From contig NW_003314271.1 in the NCBI RefSeq assembly GCF_000143415.4, positions 1,966,806 to 2,030,805 on the forward strand: a stretch of 64,000 nucleotides of DNA, written 5' to 3'. The DNA comes from Selaginella moellendorffii. Lineage: Eukaryota; Plantae; Lycopodiophyta. Made by a program: the position numbers and the translations under genes. Each line of letters begins with the position of its first letter. Position 1 is the stretch's first letter. The notes beneath the pieces were generated by a model. It did no database searches. It had not been told where the DNA came from and worked only from the letters and a program-made list of their open reading frames with translations. Shown here piece by piece: positions 47,271 to 59,314 of the stretch.

Positions 47271-47519
47271 TCTTTCTTACTTGAAATAAGAGATTTTTGG
47301 ATCGACCTCAAAGGCTTTTCAAAGAGGAGATGATTAGTGGCATTGTTTTTGTTTGGCTCAAGTTGATTAAAAGATAATGCTTATGAGATTTAATTCTATG
47401 GAAAAAGGGTAATTGTTTGATAAAAGAGCCTTTATTAATTATTTTATCCTTATTTATCCTCTAAGGTTCTAAAGATCCATGGTGATAATATATTAAAATC
47501 TCATCTTATAATTACATGT

Positions 47520-47700
47520 GTTACAATTATTTGAGTTGTTCAGTATGAAGTTACTGTTTAGTATAGTTTATCGTCCTCAAACAGATGGGCACACCAAATG
47601 CAAGAATGCTTAAGGATTATTTGTAGTATTATGTTGTGGCAGATTACTGAGTTAAGTATTTTTACATAGCAAAAATATGTTATAACAGCTGTTTTCCATA
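47520..47700 (+). mobile_element. Gypsy integrase remnant
   Basis: Translates to FSIVYRPQTDGHT, a degenerate version of FSTAYHPQTDGQT. Confidence 0.5.
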
Positions 47701-47908
47701 GGAGATATTATTAGGCAATGCTCATCAGGTTCATTAGTAAATCATTGTACCAAAACAAATGATAAGTGTTAGTCTTAGTTGTTGAAACTTGTATAGAGTA
47801 GTAGTACTAAAGTTGGTCTAAAATTACTAAGGTAATGGGCAACTTTATTGATATAGCTACTTTAGATTATTTTGTGGCTACAGATATAGTTCAACAAGTT
47901 AGACTAAC

Positions 47909-50907
47909 AATGTAAGTACTCTTGATTGTATGATGTGAATATATGAAATGAAATCACATTTTGTTGTAGATCATCTTTTAAAGAAGAGAAGATAATTTAT
48001 ATATTTAATATTTTATCTTTAATGACTTTATTTTATATCTCAATTTAACTAACATTACTTTTGCATTGCCTTTATGAGAGAGCACAACAACAATTACTTG
48101 AATTAATAAATTAATTCTTACAATTTTAATTAATCCACTCATAATCATACATAAGAAGAATCCACTAGTGCCGTGTTACTTATTCACTACTCATAATAAA
48201 CTCAAGGGAGGTTTATTTTTAGTGACAGTAATATAAAACAACTCATAGTAACTATCAATAATACTGCCAATAAACTAGAATTAATCTTACCAACTCAAAG
48301 TGTAGCCCTAAATTGCTAATATGCCTCACTTAGAAGCCCAAGTGTAAACTCATGAAAATGGTACATCTCAAATCAATTTTATGAGCCCAAGAAAAAGCTC
48401 AAATATTATGTTATAAAATGATACACATAATAATATATACTTGAGAACAACCAAACATATACTCACTTGGACAATTATTTTTCATCTTTGCATATGTAAT
48501 GAGATTAATTGCTTAATCTCATTAGATAGTATTCATTGAGACTAATCTCTACCAAGAAATGTACAATTTAGTTCTTTCTCTTTAAGCCAATCGAAAAAGT
48601 GGCATTTTCTTGATGAAAGAACCTTTAATGTTTATTTTATTCTTATTTATCCCCTAAATTTTGTAAATTGGTCAAAAAGATAGGGTTATATTGTCTATGT
48701 TGTGATAAAATTGATGGTGTTAGATCTTATAAATCTCTATCAATGGGATATTAGAGTGAGGGCAATCTCAAATGTTTAAGAAAAACTTCTAAACTCCAAC
48801 TCTTCTATAACTTTTGTACAAGGATGAGGAATATTCCTGAAAGTGGAATATTCCTCCTCTCTCTTATGCTAGAATCTATGGAATCTAGGTAGCAATCTCA
48901 ACAAGAGAACACAAAACATCATGGTAGGCTTTTAAGTTCAAGTGAGAACCTAGATGACTTAAATGCTAAAGAAGTCATACTATAGACCTATACCCAATAC
49001 TCAGAGAAGGCAAGTGCAATATGGAAGCAAAACAAAAGAAAAATGAAAAGAAAAATGATAAAATGATGGAGAAGAAGAGAATAAAGTGGTGTGGAGTTTA
49101 GAGTTAAAGGGAAAACACTATGGGACATAAGTTGAGTATCAAGAGGAAAAGATAAAAAGGTAAAGAGAATCAAATGAAAACAAGCTTAAATTTTAAGCTC
49201 TGGAAATGCAACCTTGTCAAGTTGGTTATACTTAGTACCTTAGTCAAAATATGGCTAGAAAGCAAAAGGATACCATTACCAAATTATAGTAATCAGTGCA
49301 GAAGTGAAAATAAATGTATGAAAATGATGTAAGTAGCTTTGATATGATAGTCTTAAATTGGGATAAACAACTCCAAACCATATCAAACTTTGCTACAATA
49401 CTATTAAATGAAGTGTGGCAATTGTCCAATGTAACTAGAAAGTTAAATTAACTTATGCTAAATTAAGTTCAACTTCTAAACTCAGATTATCCCCTGTTAC
49501 TACATACAACCGCTAATTCTTTTGAAAAACTAAAAACTACTATATTCAAAGACTGTATTTCCTAACTAGCCGCTTCATTGCAAGGTGCTCTGCCTTTGTC
49601 ATTGGCATGACAAGCGGCCAGGTGTCGTCTTCAGGGTTCCCCCTCTCCGTCCAGCTGATAACAGGCTGCACATGAAGGCAATTGTGCTCAATCATGGAAT
49701 CAACATGATCTGAAGGTAACTTCAGCTCGCACTTGGACACCACGCCCTCTGGCGCATTGGCACACACTTTTATCACCTCACTCCAGTCCTCCGGCTTCCA
49801 GAGCCCATTGCCTCGTCCCTCGATGCTCCTAAATTTGCCAGGAGACCAGCCTGAAACCACATTTGCCACTGCAGTAGTGATCGAGAGCCCTGCTTCGCCT
49901 TCAAAGACCTCTGCAGCTTCCCCTGGCTCAGAAGATTCAATCGCACTCGCCAAGAGGTTCAACTCGAGCATTTGACCGCCATACAGTCTATAGACAGCAT
50001 CCCACAAAGGCTCAACCTCCGCCTGCTTCGCTTCCCCTACCCGGAGCATGAAATATGCCTTCGCCAGGGGCTCCGAGAGGTGTCCCACGTACCAACGAGC
50101 GACACGGTGACCTGCGAGGGCGCCGCACTTAGCCAGCCAGCGCTCAAAGAAGTTCTCTGACGACCCCAGGACGACATTAGATGAACGTTCCTCCTTACAG
50201 ATCGCCACCAGACACCTGAGAAGCATGTTCAGATTCGCCATCCCATCAGGCGTTTCCGCCCATGACATCAAGGCATTGGCCTCGTCAATGAAGATCGTAG
50301 GGAAAGCGTTTGTATGCCCGCCCTTCAGTGCAATCCTTGTCCACGACAGGCAACATTCTTTGAGAGCCGCTAGCACTGCATCGATACCTTTCGGCTCTGG
50401 CTTGCCAAACAGTTGAAACTTTCCAAACCCGAATGGAGTCTCCAAATCTACTCCATCCTTTAACCCCACCTGCAGCGCCCATTTTCCTGTCAGATCGCTC
50501 CCGAAGCCTACACGCATCTGGAAAACCGATAGGGATTTCAAGAAGCCCCCCATGAGCTTCGTAGCCAAGCGTCCAGGGTCGGTAAGGCCAGAGTCACGAA
50601 GATTCACGTACGTGGACGTTCCAGGATACATACCTTCCCGCTGCCTTCTGCAATACTCGCGCATCAGCATGGTCTTGCCCGACGACTTCGGCCCCAGAAT
50701 AGTCGCCAAGACTGCGGTATCTCCCTCTCTCCTGTGAAGCGCCAGCGCCTTGTGCAAGGCCGCCAGTTCGCTGGACCGGTTGAAGAAAGCTTCCTTCAGC
50801 GACATGTCTGACAGAGAAGCAATCCTCCGGCATTGCCTACCCGCCCAAAGCATCGGTATAAGAAACCCTAGCCACCGACAAAGCGGAAAAACCCTAGACT
50901 CAAATAT
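47909..50907. repeat. Segmental tandem duplication, copy 2
   Basis: Matches copy 1; the CDS offset is 4509 bp. Confidence 0.9.
49546..50853 (-). CDS. Intronless P-loop ATPase (archaeal-ATPase/STAND-like), copy 2
   Basis: Protein is identical to copy 1 apart from a few N-terminal changes (including a 2-aa AL insertion). Confidence 0.85.
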   Translation of the reverse strand: MLWAGRQCRRIASLSDMSLKEAFFNRSSELAALHKALALHRREGDTAVLATILGPKSSGKTMLMREYCRRQREGMYPGTSTYVNLRDSGLTDPGRLATKLMGGFLKSLSVFQMRVGFGSDLTGKWALQVGLKDGVDLETPFGFGKFQLFGKPEPKGIDAVLAALKECCLSWTRIALKGGHTNAFPTIFIDEANALMSWAETPDGMANLNMLLRCLVAICKEERSSNVVLGSSENFFERWLAKCGALAGHRVARWYVGHLSEPLAKAYFMLRVGEAKQAEVEPLWDAVYRLYGGQMLELNLLASAIESSEPGEAAEVFEGEAGLSITTAVANVVSGWSPGKFRSIEGRGNGLWKPEDWSEVIKVCANAPEGVVSKCELKLPSDHVDSMIEHNCLHVQPVISWTERGNPEDDTWPLVMPMTKAEHLAMKRLVRKYSL

Positions 50908-51779
50908 CTATCAGAATGAGTTGCCGAACTTTCTGGGCCGCCGGATCCAGCCAATCACAGCCGTCCGATGAGGGTTAACTGTAAAGGGGTTGTTTCTTTA
51001 TGATGTTTGGGAGGCCTGGTGTTTGTGGTTTGAGTGCATTGGTTTTGTTTTGTAATGTTTTTCTAGGGTTTATGAAATGGTGAGAGAGCCCTTTTGCAAT
51101 CCAAATCTGAGGCACTGTGTAATGCCGCTGGAATGAGCCATGTCCTAGTATGGTTTGTGTCAAGATCTAATTGATTTGTCCATGCTTTCTTATAATATCT
51201 TCCATTTTACTTTCTTTTCTTCTTCTCCTACTGAAATCTGGTTCTCACTTGCAGAGGTTTTTCAAGAACAAAGGAGGAAGACAATGGAGCAGCTAATCAT
51301 CCCTACATGGCTTTGAAGAGGAAGCCTTGAGCTTCCACAAAGATCCTCTATGCAACATGGTAACTCTTACAGTTTCCTTGAAATGGTTTGAGAAGTGTCT
51401 TCCAGATCGAGTAAAACCATTAAGAAGAAAGTGAGTGTAAATTCAAGGCAAAGTGCTGCCATTATAAGTTCTCACTAAAGCTCCAATACTTGCAGCATAA
51501 GAATTGCTTATGATTGCCTGGGATGCATACCATACTGGTTTCAGACACCTTTTTCTTTCACTTTAAGCTTGATAGTCTTTGAGGAATTCGTTTTTCTTTT
51601 CTTCTTTTTTCTCTAGGAAACACTCATACCGATAGTTCAAAACAGGCATTCTAATCATGTTTATGACTTCTTTGAAATGTAGGAACACTGTGACTTGGTC
51701 GATGATAATTCTGGAGTAAAAACACTGCAGCTTTAAATTCAAAGATATGTTTCTCTTATATAAAAACCAATCCAACTTC

Positions 51780-52150
51780 AGTGCAAACTTTGATTTGCAC
51801 TGTAAAGCCACCAGCGAGAGGCCATTCTTTACCATGCAGTAAGCCACGACGAGCATGGGAGGTTCTCTCTCAACATTCAATCGAAAAGACAACTTCTCCA
51901 CTCACATCAGAGCCTGTGTTGATCGAAAAGACAAAAAAGAAAAAAAAAGAGCTAGGAGAAAAAAAAAATCAACTCCAGCTCCAGAGAGAAAAACTTAGAT
52001 ATTTACAAGGTATGTACGGAAATTTAATAGAATAGATGACCTTGAGCGTTCCCTTCTAGAACTTTCAATCCACAGGATTGATTGCTATAACTTCAATCTT
52101 AACCAGAACTTCATCCTTCTTGGGCATTGGGATTGGGATCTCCACATGCT
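51780..52150 (-). pseudogene. Quinone oxidoreductase-like (ceQORH/MDR family) exon fragments
   Basis: HVEIPIPMPKKDEVLVKIEVIAINPVD*KF*KG at ~52035-52148 and SDVSGEVV at ~51890-51912, with in-frame stops. Confidence 0.65.
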
Positions 52151-52599
52151 ACAACGTTTTAAAGCTTGTATGGAGGTGAAACAAGTAGATCAAGTTCGAT
52201 ACTTTTTTACAAGCTTCACTTAGTCTTTCTTTTCATTTTTGCAAATACATTCCACATCTAAACATCAATTTGGAGATGAACTACTGGCCAACTGAGATGA
52301 GTTTGGAGCTGCAGTTGGTGAGGAGCTCCTACTACTTCCTCATCTCCTTGCCTAGGGTCTTGACTAATTTCCTGAGTGGACAAACTGATTTCACGATTTC
52401 TTACTGTTGCTTTGTGGCAGCCTTAGAGATTCTAGAGCTATGGCAACCAATCTGACACTGCTGTGGCTAAGGCGACGAGAAACCTTGACGCCTTGATCAC
52501 CCAAAAGGGCCACATCAAATCATGCCTATGCCAAAGTTGAGAGTAATAACCTATATTATTATTGTACCTAAAACAGAAATAAGCAGAAAAGTTAACTCT

Positions 52600-52957
52600 T
52601 GTTGCACTAAAAACAATTATGAGGAGAAATGTATACTAGTCTTATGGATTATGTTGCAAATCGTGCTTTAAATGAAAATATGACCCCCGGTAAAATTGTT
52701 ATACTACCTTCAAGTTTTGATGGTAAACCTAGAGCAATGCAACAAAATAATCAAGATGCAATAACAATTATTGCTCATTACTCAAAATTAGATATTTTCA
52801 TTCCTTTCACTTGCAACCTTAAATGGCTTGAAATTATAGAAAACTTACATCCAAATGAGGGTCCAGAAGATTTTCTTGATTTGGTTTCTAGAGTTTTCCA
52901 TATTAACTAAAAGAATTTTTGAAAGACATAAAAAAACATATATTTAGAAAATGTATA

Positions 52958-53002
<45 letters not shown>

Positions 53003-55320
53003 ATTTAGTTCTAAAAAAGAGGTCTCCCACATTGTCATTTTCTAAGAATTCTAGCCTATGAAAATAAAATTAGAGATCATGATGCAATTAATTAATATAT
53101 CATGGTTGAATTACCAAATCCTAAACTCTTTGAAATAGTTACATCACATATGATGCATAAATTGTATGGAATTTTCTCCTTGCATGGAAAATGGTTCTTA
53201 ATCAAAAGGATTTCCAAAAAATTTAATTATAAAACTGCACTCTCTTTTAATGGCTATCTAGATTATTATAAACCAGACAATGGATATACAGTTTTTAAAA
53301 ATAGTTTTCGTATGGATAATAATTAGGTTATACCATATAACAAGTACCTTTGTTAAAAATATAAAGCTCATATAAATATTGAGATACGTGCAACTATAAA
53401 ATGTATTAAAGACTTATTTCAATATGTTTATGGAGGCTATGATTATGCCCTTATTAAAATTCATTCAGCAACTCAATAACATGATAATAGCTTAAATTTG
53501 GATAAAATTTCAAGTTTTTTAAATACTTATTATGTTTTTGCTCTAAAAGCTATATGGAAACTTTTTCAATTTAAAATGCATGGCTGTTCAACACTTATAA
53601 TTTATCTTTTTATTCATCTAGAAAATTTCCAAAATATTTATTTCATCGAAGGTAATGAGAAAATTGCATTTCAAAGAGCTACTCAAAATTATACCATATT
53701 AATAAAATTTTTTGAACTAAATATATGTAATCTAAATGCACGACAGTATACATATCTTGAAATTTCTTTACATTATACATATAATAAACATACTCATCAT
53801 TGAAAAATTATACATCAGCGAAATATTATGTTAAGAATGTAGTTTTTCCTCCCATCTAATATTAAACTTTATTATTTACACTTTATATTATTTCATAGAA
53901 GAGGGGCTACTTCTTTTAATGATCTAAAAACAGTTCATAATATTTATTTTGAAACATTTCAACTTACTACATTTACAATAGGACTTTTGGTAGATGATAC
54001 AGAATAGGAAAAATGTTTAAAAGATGCTTACTCTTTCAAAATGCCACCACAATTAAGACACTTATTTGTGTTTTTATGTGTCCTTTGTAGTAAAAAAAAC
54101 TTTATTCCTTATGGGAAAAATTCAAAACTCTATTTCTAAATATTTTTTGCTAATCAATCTATTACTTTTTTATGAATGTGCTTTACATAATATAAATAGA
54201 AAATTCAATCTATATGGAAAATCCAATCAAGACTATGAATTACCTTTATCTTATATAAATTTTAATACAAATAGTCATATTAATTTGACACAGTTCTATC
54301 ATTCTGTATAACAAAATTTACTTAGATTTAATGATGAACAACAAATTATATATTATGATATCCTCAACATGATTAACAACCTAACCGAGCAAAATTGATA
54401 TTTTTTCATTGATGGTCTTGGTGGTATTGGTAAAACTTTTCTTTTTAACACTCTTATACATATGTTTTAAGTTTTAAATAAAAATGTAGTTAGTATAACT
54501 TGGATAGGTATTGCAAACACTTTACTATATAATGGTCAGATATCACATATAACTTTCAAACTTCATGTTCCAATAAATGAAACTTCTACTTCTGCTATTA
54601 CAACTGATAGTGAAGTAGGCCAGAAAATTAAAAATGCACATGTGTTAATATGGGATGAAATTAGTATGGTTTATACACATGCATTTTCTGCCATTAATTT
54701 AGCATTACAAAATATAAATAAAAAAGAATTACATTTTGGAGGAATTGTTATTATTACAAGTGGTGACTTTAGACAAAAATTACCAATTATTCCACATGGT
54801 CATCAAGCATAAATTGTTTCAAATTCAGTAAAAGTGAATAATTTATAGAAATGTTTTAGAACACTTCCACTAAAAAAGAATATGAGGCTAATTGAGAACA
54901 ACTCTTTATCAAACTCTATTATATTACTTTACACACAAATAATAATGTTCTTTGTTGTTGATTTTGTTTTCCCATCTCTACAATATATTTTAGACCCCTA
55001 CATTGTATTTCATAGTCATACTTACCTCACTTAATGATGATACTTCTCCCATTAATAATGTTATAGTCTCTTCCTTACCTGGGTTTATGACATACATATT
55101 CAAGAAAGTGTTGACTTTATTGATACTAAACACCTAGAAGATTTTCCATTTGAATTCTTAAATTCTATTACTCCTTTTAGTTTTCCACCACATAAACTCT
55201 TGCTTAAAAAAAATGTTATTTTTATTCTATTAAGGAATGTATGTCCATCGGCTAGACTATGTAATGGTACACACCTCATCCTTAAACATGCTTTACCAAC
55301 AGTTCTAGACTAGAAGACAA
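52600..55320 (+). mobile_element. Degenerate Helitron Rep/PIF1 helicase
   Basis: VILPSSFDGKPRAMQQNNQDA...DIFIPFTCN..W.EI; KRGLPHCH (HUH, ~53015-53038); Walker A FFIDGLGGIGKTFL (~54400-54440); WDEISM; FGGIVIITSGDFRQKLPII; PPHKLLLK..ILLRN..LCNGT. Many stops. Confidence 0.9.
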
Positions 55321-55342
55321 TTTCTAGTGTGTGTAGAGTATT

Positions 55343-55790
55343 TGTCACGAATGTGATTTCGGGTATTGAAAGTTATCTGTCAGCCAGTCCTTACAAACAC
55401 TCTTACCTTACTGCTACGATGGCAGGAGGTCGGTATTGCTGGTTCCCTTTATCAGCCCCTTTTGTTCAAGTGTTAGTAAACTAGACTTTGCATCTGTACT
55501 TAGCCAGATGAGCATAAAGACGGAATTCCTAAGTGTCTATTCAGCCAAACATACTTGGCTTGGATTTTTTGTTCTCTTTTGCTCTGTCTTGCATTAGCTT
55601 GACAATAACCCTCGCGTATTAAGATTAGTCCCTCAATATTGCTACATAATAACTTACCGTGTTTGCTAAACACCCTTGCTATCATGCCCTTTTGTGTTAG
55701 TCTCATTTTGGTCCCAAATGCTATTTATGGAAAGTGTCTAGATTGGTTCATTTAGCTTATCTATGGAATGTAGAGATTGTCCTGAACACA
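55343..55790. repeat. LTR end homologous to 59315-59750, located where the Helitron breaks off
   Basis: TGTCACGAATGTGATTTCGGGTATTGAAAGTTATCTGTCAGCCAGTCC matches 59315 TGTCGTGAATGTGACTTTGGGTATCGAAAGTTATCTGTCAGCCAGTCC and stays collinear for ~430 bp. Confidence 0.8.
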
Positions 55791-56499
55791 ATGGTGTTCG
55801 TCTCGTGTCCAACTTCGCAATCTAGCACCATTCCATAATTAGTAAGTTTCGAGCTTATCCCAGAGACTAACTCCTGATACTAAAGGAGGCTTGGTGAAAG
55901 CCCAAAGCATGTGTTCCCTCAAGCGGGCGGGGGGGGGGNNNNNNNNNNNNNNNNNNNNNNNNNNNNNNNNNNNNNNNNNNNNNNNNNNNNNNNNNNNNNN
56001 NNNNNNNNNNNNNNNNNNNNNNNNNNNNNNNNNNNNNNGGCAAGGGATGCTAGTTGCTCTAAGACTGTTCCAAGTCACTCCAGGCTCCTATCCCTTTGCT
56101 CCTTGGGCTGTATGCTCGGGAGTTGCTCCGGGGTTTGGTTCCGTCACTCCTTGGCTCCATGCTTGGGAGTTTGGCACCGTTCCTTCGTTTAGTGGCCCAA
56201 GGCCCTGAACCTCGGGTTCCGCACCACTGTCCTTTGGACATGTGGCATATGACATGTGGCATGTGTCACGTGGCATAAAGAAGGTTTAGGTTCTACTTCG
56301 TGGTTTTATTCTATGGTAAATCACCATAGGATAAAGGGTCAAAACCACGTGCACTACATTTGGTATTAGAGGATATGTCTCAGTGAGTGCTATTCAATGA
56401 GATTGAGCAACTAGTCTCGTTGCATACGCAAAGATGAAAATGATGATTCGAGATGATGACATGTGGCACTCCACTCCATATTTGTCCACATCAAGGGAA

Positions 56500-59290
56500 A
56501 TTGAGGAAGACTCCTGTGTTAGCACTACTAGACTTTGTAAAGACTTTGAGATAGAAATGAATGCCTTAGACTTTGTATTAGGCACAGTTTTGAAGTAAAA
56601 TAATCACTCAATAACATTCTTTTCGAAGAAGTTGGATAAGGCTCAACAAAAGTGGTTTATCTATGAAAGGGAATTGTTTGTGGTGGTCAAAGCACTCAAA
56701 GAGTGGCAACATTGCTTTGGGAAACACTTTAAGGTATACATAGATAATATGGCAACAAAACACTTATTATTATAGCTCAACCTTCAAGAAAAACAAGGTT
56801 AGTGTGCCAATGCTTTGACCGAGTTTGATTGCAAGATTCTATATAGATCTAGGAAAAGTAGTGTTATGACGGATGCTTTAAATTAGAAAGCAAGCTTGAA
56901 ATTGGTGGTATTCAATATAATGGCAACCTTTTGGGATGATGTGTAAATAGGATATGAGAATGATAGTTTGGCACAAGAAGTGTTACTAAGAAACCAAGAG
57001 GAATGAAATACTCACCAAAGAGATGAATTATTTAGGGAAGATTAAATTAGTTATGTGGAATGCAATAAACTCATTTATTATAAATAGATAAGGGTAGAGT
57101 GCTCAAGACGATAAGCTTACTCAAATGAAAATATCATTAGCTAAACATGTGTAAGTGACTAAATTTTCCATTTTACTTTAGTCACTTAACCACACTTTTG
57201 ACCACTTAAAGGAGTTTCACTCACAACCTTCATAAATTCTATTTTTGACTTAGGGACATGCTAGCCTTGTGAATGGCATCTATGCCACTTAGACTTTACA
57301 CTTGGTCCAAGTGTTTCATTTGTCCCATCCCAACATAAACATTCAAAGGTACCACTAACATATTAGCTCATTATATTAAGGCCATATCCATTCATCTTTG
57401 ATATATTAGTAGTCTAAGACCATCTATATCACAGTTCCATCTCCCAAAGACTAGGCCATCCATCCATGAGTAGTTATCCTATGACCACACCTTAACATCT
57501 TTAAAATGCCCAAAAACATAAAGAACATCCTTCTCCAATATCATTACTTTGGTCCTCACTAAGTCCCTCCGTTTATGGCTGTGCTTGCCAACATTGCCAT
57601 TGGGTCAAGACTCGAAGGCCTGGCCACTAAGTCTTATTGACATCTAAGACTTCCCTCACCATATGACTGTATCTTTATAAAAGGATTGTTTCTTTTCTTT
57701 TCCACAATCCAGGACTTTGGGATGACATATTAGAACACCATAGCCTTAGGCAAGCCTCATGGTTACTCTCCCCCATCTTCCACCTTTAGGTGCCTTAGCC
57801 ATGTGGCTTGAGCGAGGTTCTGATGAGCCATATGAGGTATTTAAGCAGGTAGTGCTAACCACACTTTGATTGGGAGCATCGACCTCATTCAATCTCCCGA
57901 GGGACCTAGAGTTGGCTTTTGAACACTTCACCAAGTTATCTCATTTATCTGTCTATGTTCACTCTAACCTTAGACTTCTTAATAGTTATATCATCACTCA
58001 ACACAGGAGTATAACTTTCTTGGGTCACACAAACCTTTCTTAGCCAAATTGATTCCATTGAACTCTAATCCCCACACTCTCCCTATTATACTTTTGGAAC
58101 CCTTTATAATGCCCTTTCTGGGGGACGATTGCTTTGGGCTTTCACCCCACAACCTATATTAGTATTTGGACTCAATCTTAGTCTTGGATTTGGACTTAGA
58201 CTTGGTCTCAAATTTGGTCTCAGTCTCGGTTTGGACTCGGACTCGGACTCGGACTTGGTCTCGGTCTCAGTCTTGGTCTCAATTTTAGTTTTAGTCTTGG
58301 TCTCAGACTCAGTTTCGGATTCCATCTTGGGTCCATCTCAGATTCCATCTTGGACTCCATCTTGGGTTCATTTTGGACTCCTTCTCGGACTCCATTTCGA
58401 GACTATCTTTGGTCCATCTTGGGTCTATCTTAGACTTGGTCCCAACACTTTTACGTGTTATGTGTTAGTCCTCTTGTGTCTCTTTTCTAAAGACTTGCTT
58501 ATTGATCTCTTCGAACTTGTTTCTCAAGCATTTCATTAAGAGTTCCACTCCCGCTTTTGACTTTTTAAGTTGGAGCTTTTAGTCTAAATGTGTTATGCTT
58601 GTTTGGCTTTCACTTTGGCCACTACCACATGGCATCCTTGTGGCTCCACTTCGGGGCTTAAGGATTTGTGTCTCACAACATGGCTAAAGGTGTTCAAGAC
58701 TATGTAAAGACATGTTCAACATATCAGCAGATGAAGGCCATAACTAAGGCTAGTGGGGGTTTATTGCAAAACATTCTAATCCCCAATCATTCATGGAAAT
58801 GTTTTATAATGAACTTCATCATAGGACTTCCCCCAAATGAGGGTTTGATATGATATTTGTGGTAGTGGACCAGTTTTCCAAAATGATGCATATCATATTC
58901 ACTACAATGGAAGTGGATGTGGAAGATATGGTGAAATTGTTCTTTGAACAAATAATTTGAGTGTAGGGAAGGCCATAGAAAACTATCTTGGATAGAGATA
59001 ACATTTTCATTAGCAAATTCTAGAGCACTCTCCTAAAACAGTATCATACCAAGCTGAAATTTAGCATAGCGCATCGAGTCAAGTATAATGGCAATAACAC
59101 TTCTTGATAGATAGGGAAATGGAAATGGTGAATAGGCAGCTGGAGGATTATTTATGATGCTATATTTTTAAAGACCAAATTGATTGAGTAAGTCATTTAA
59201 AACTTGCAAAAATATGTTATAACCACTCACCATATTTGAGTATCGAGATGAGTCCATGGGAAGTCATTAATGAGTGAGCCATTGAAGGTT
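56500..59290 (+). mobile_element. Degenerate gypsy pol fragment (RNase H, integrase), split by a solo LTR
   Basis: DFEIEMNALDFVLGTVL...FFSKKLDKAQQKWFIYERELFVVVKALKEW (RNase H). MAKGVQDYVKTC...GLLQNILIP..W..MNFIIGLP and VVVDQFSKM (integrase). Confidence 0.8.
57150..58677. mobile_element. Solo LTR (1528 bp) with 5-bp target-site duplication
   Basis: Termini TGTAAG...CTCACA, flanked by ACATG at 57145-57149 and 58678-58682. It contains a GACTCG/GTCTCG-type hexamer array and the GCTTTGGGCTTTCACCCC motif shared with the LTR at 59315-61007. Confidence 0.85.
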
Positions 59291-59314
59291 ATGTAGAACT
59301 CTTAACCCTACATA

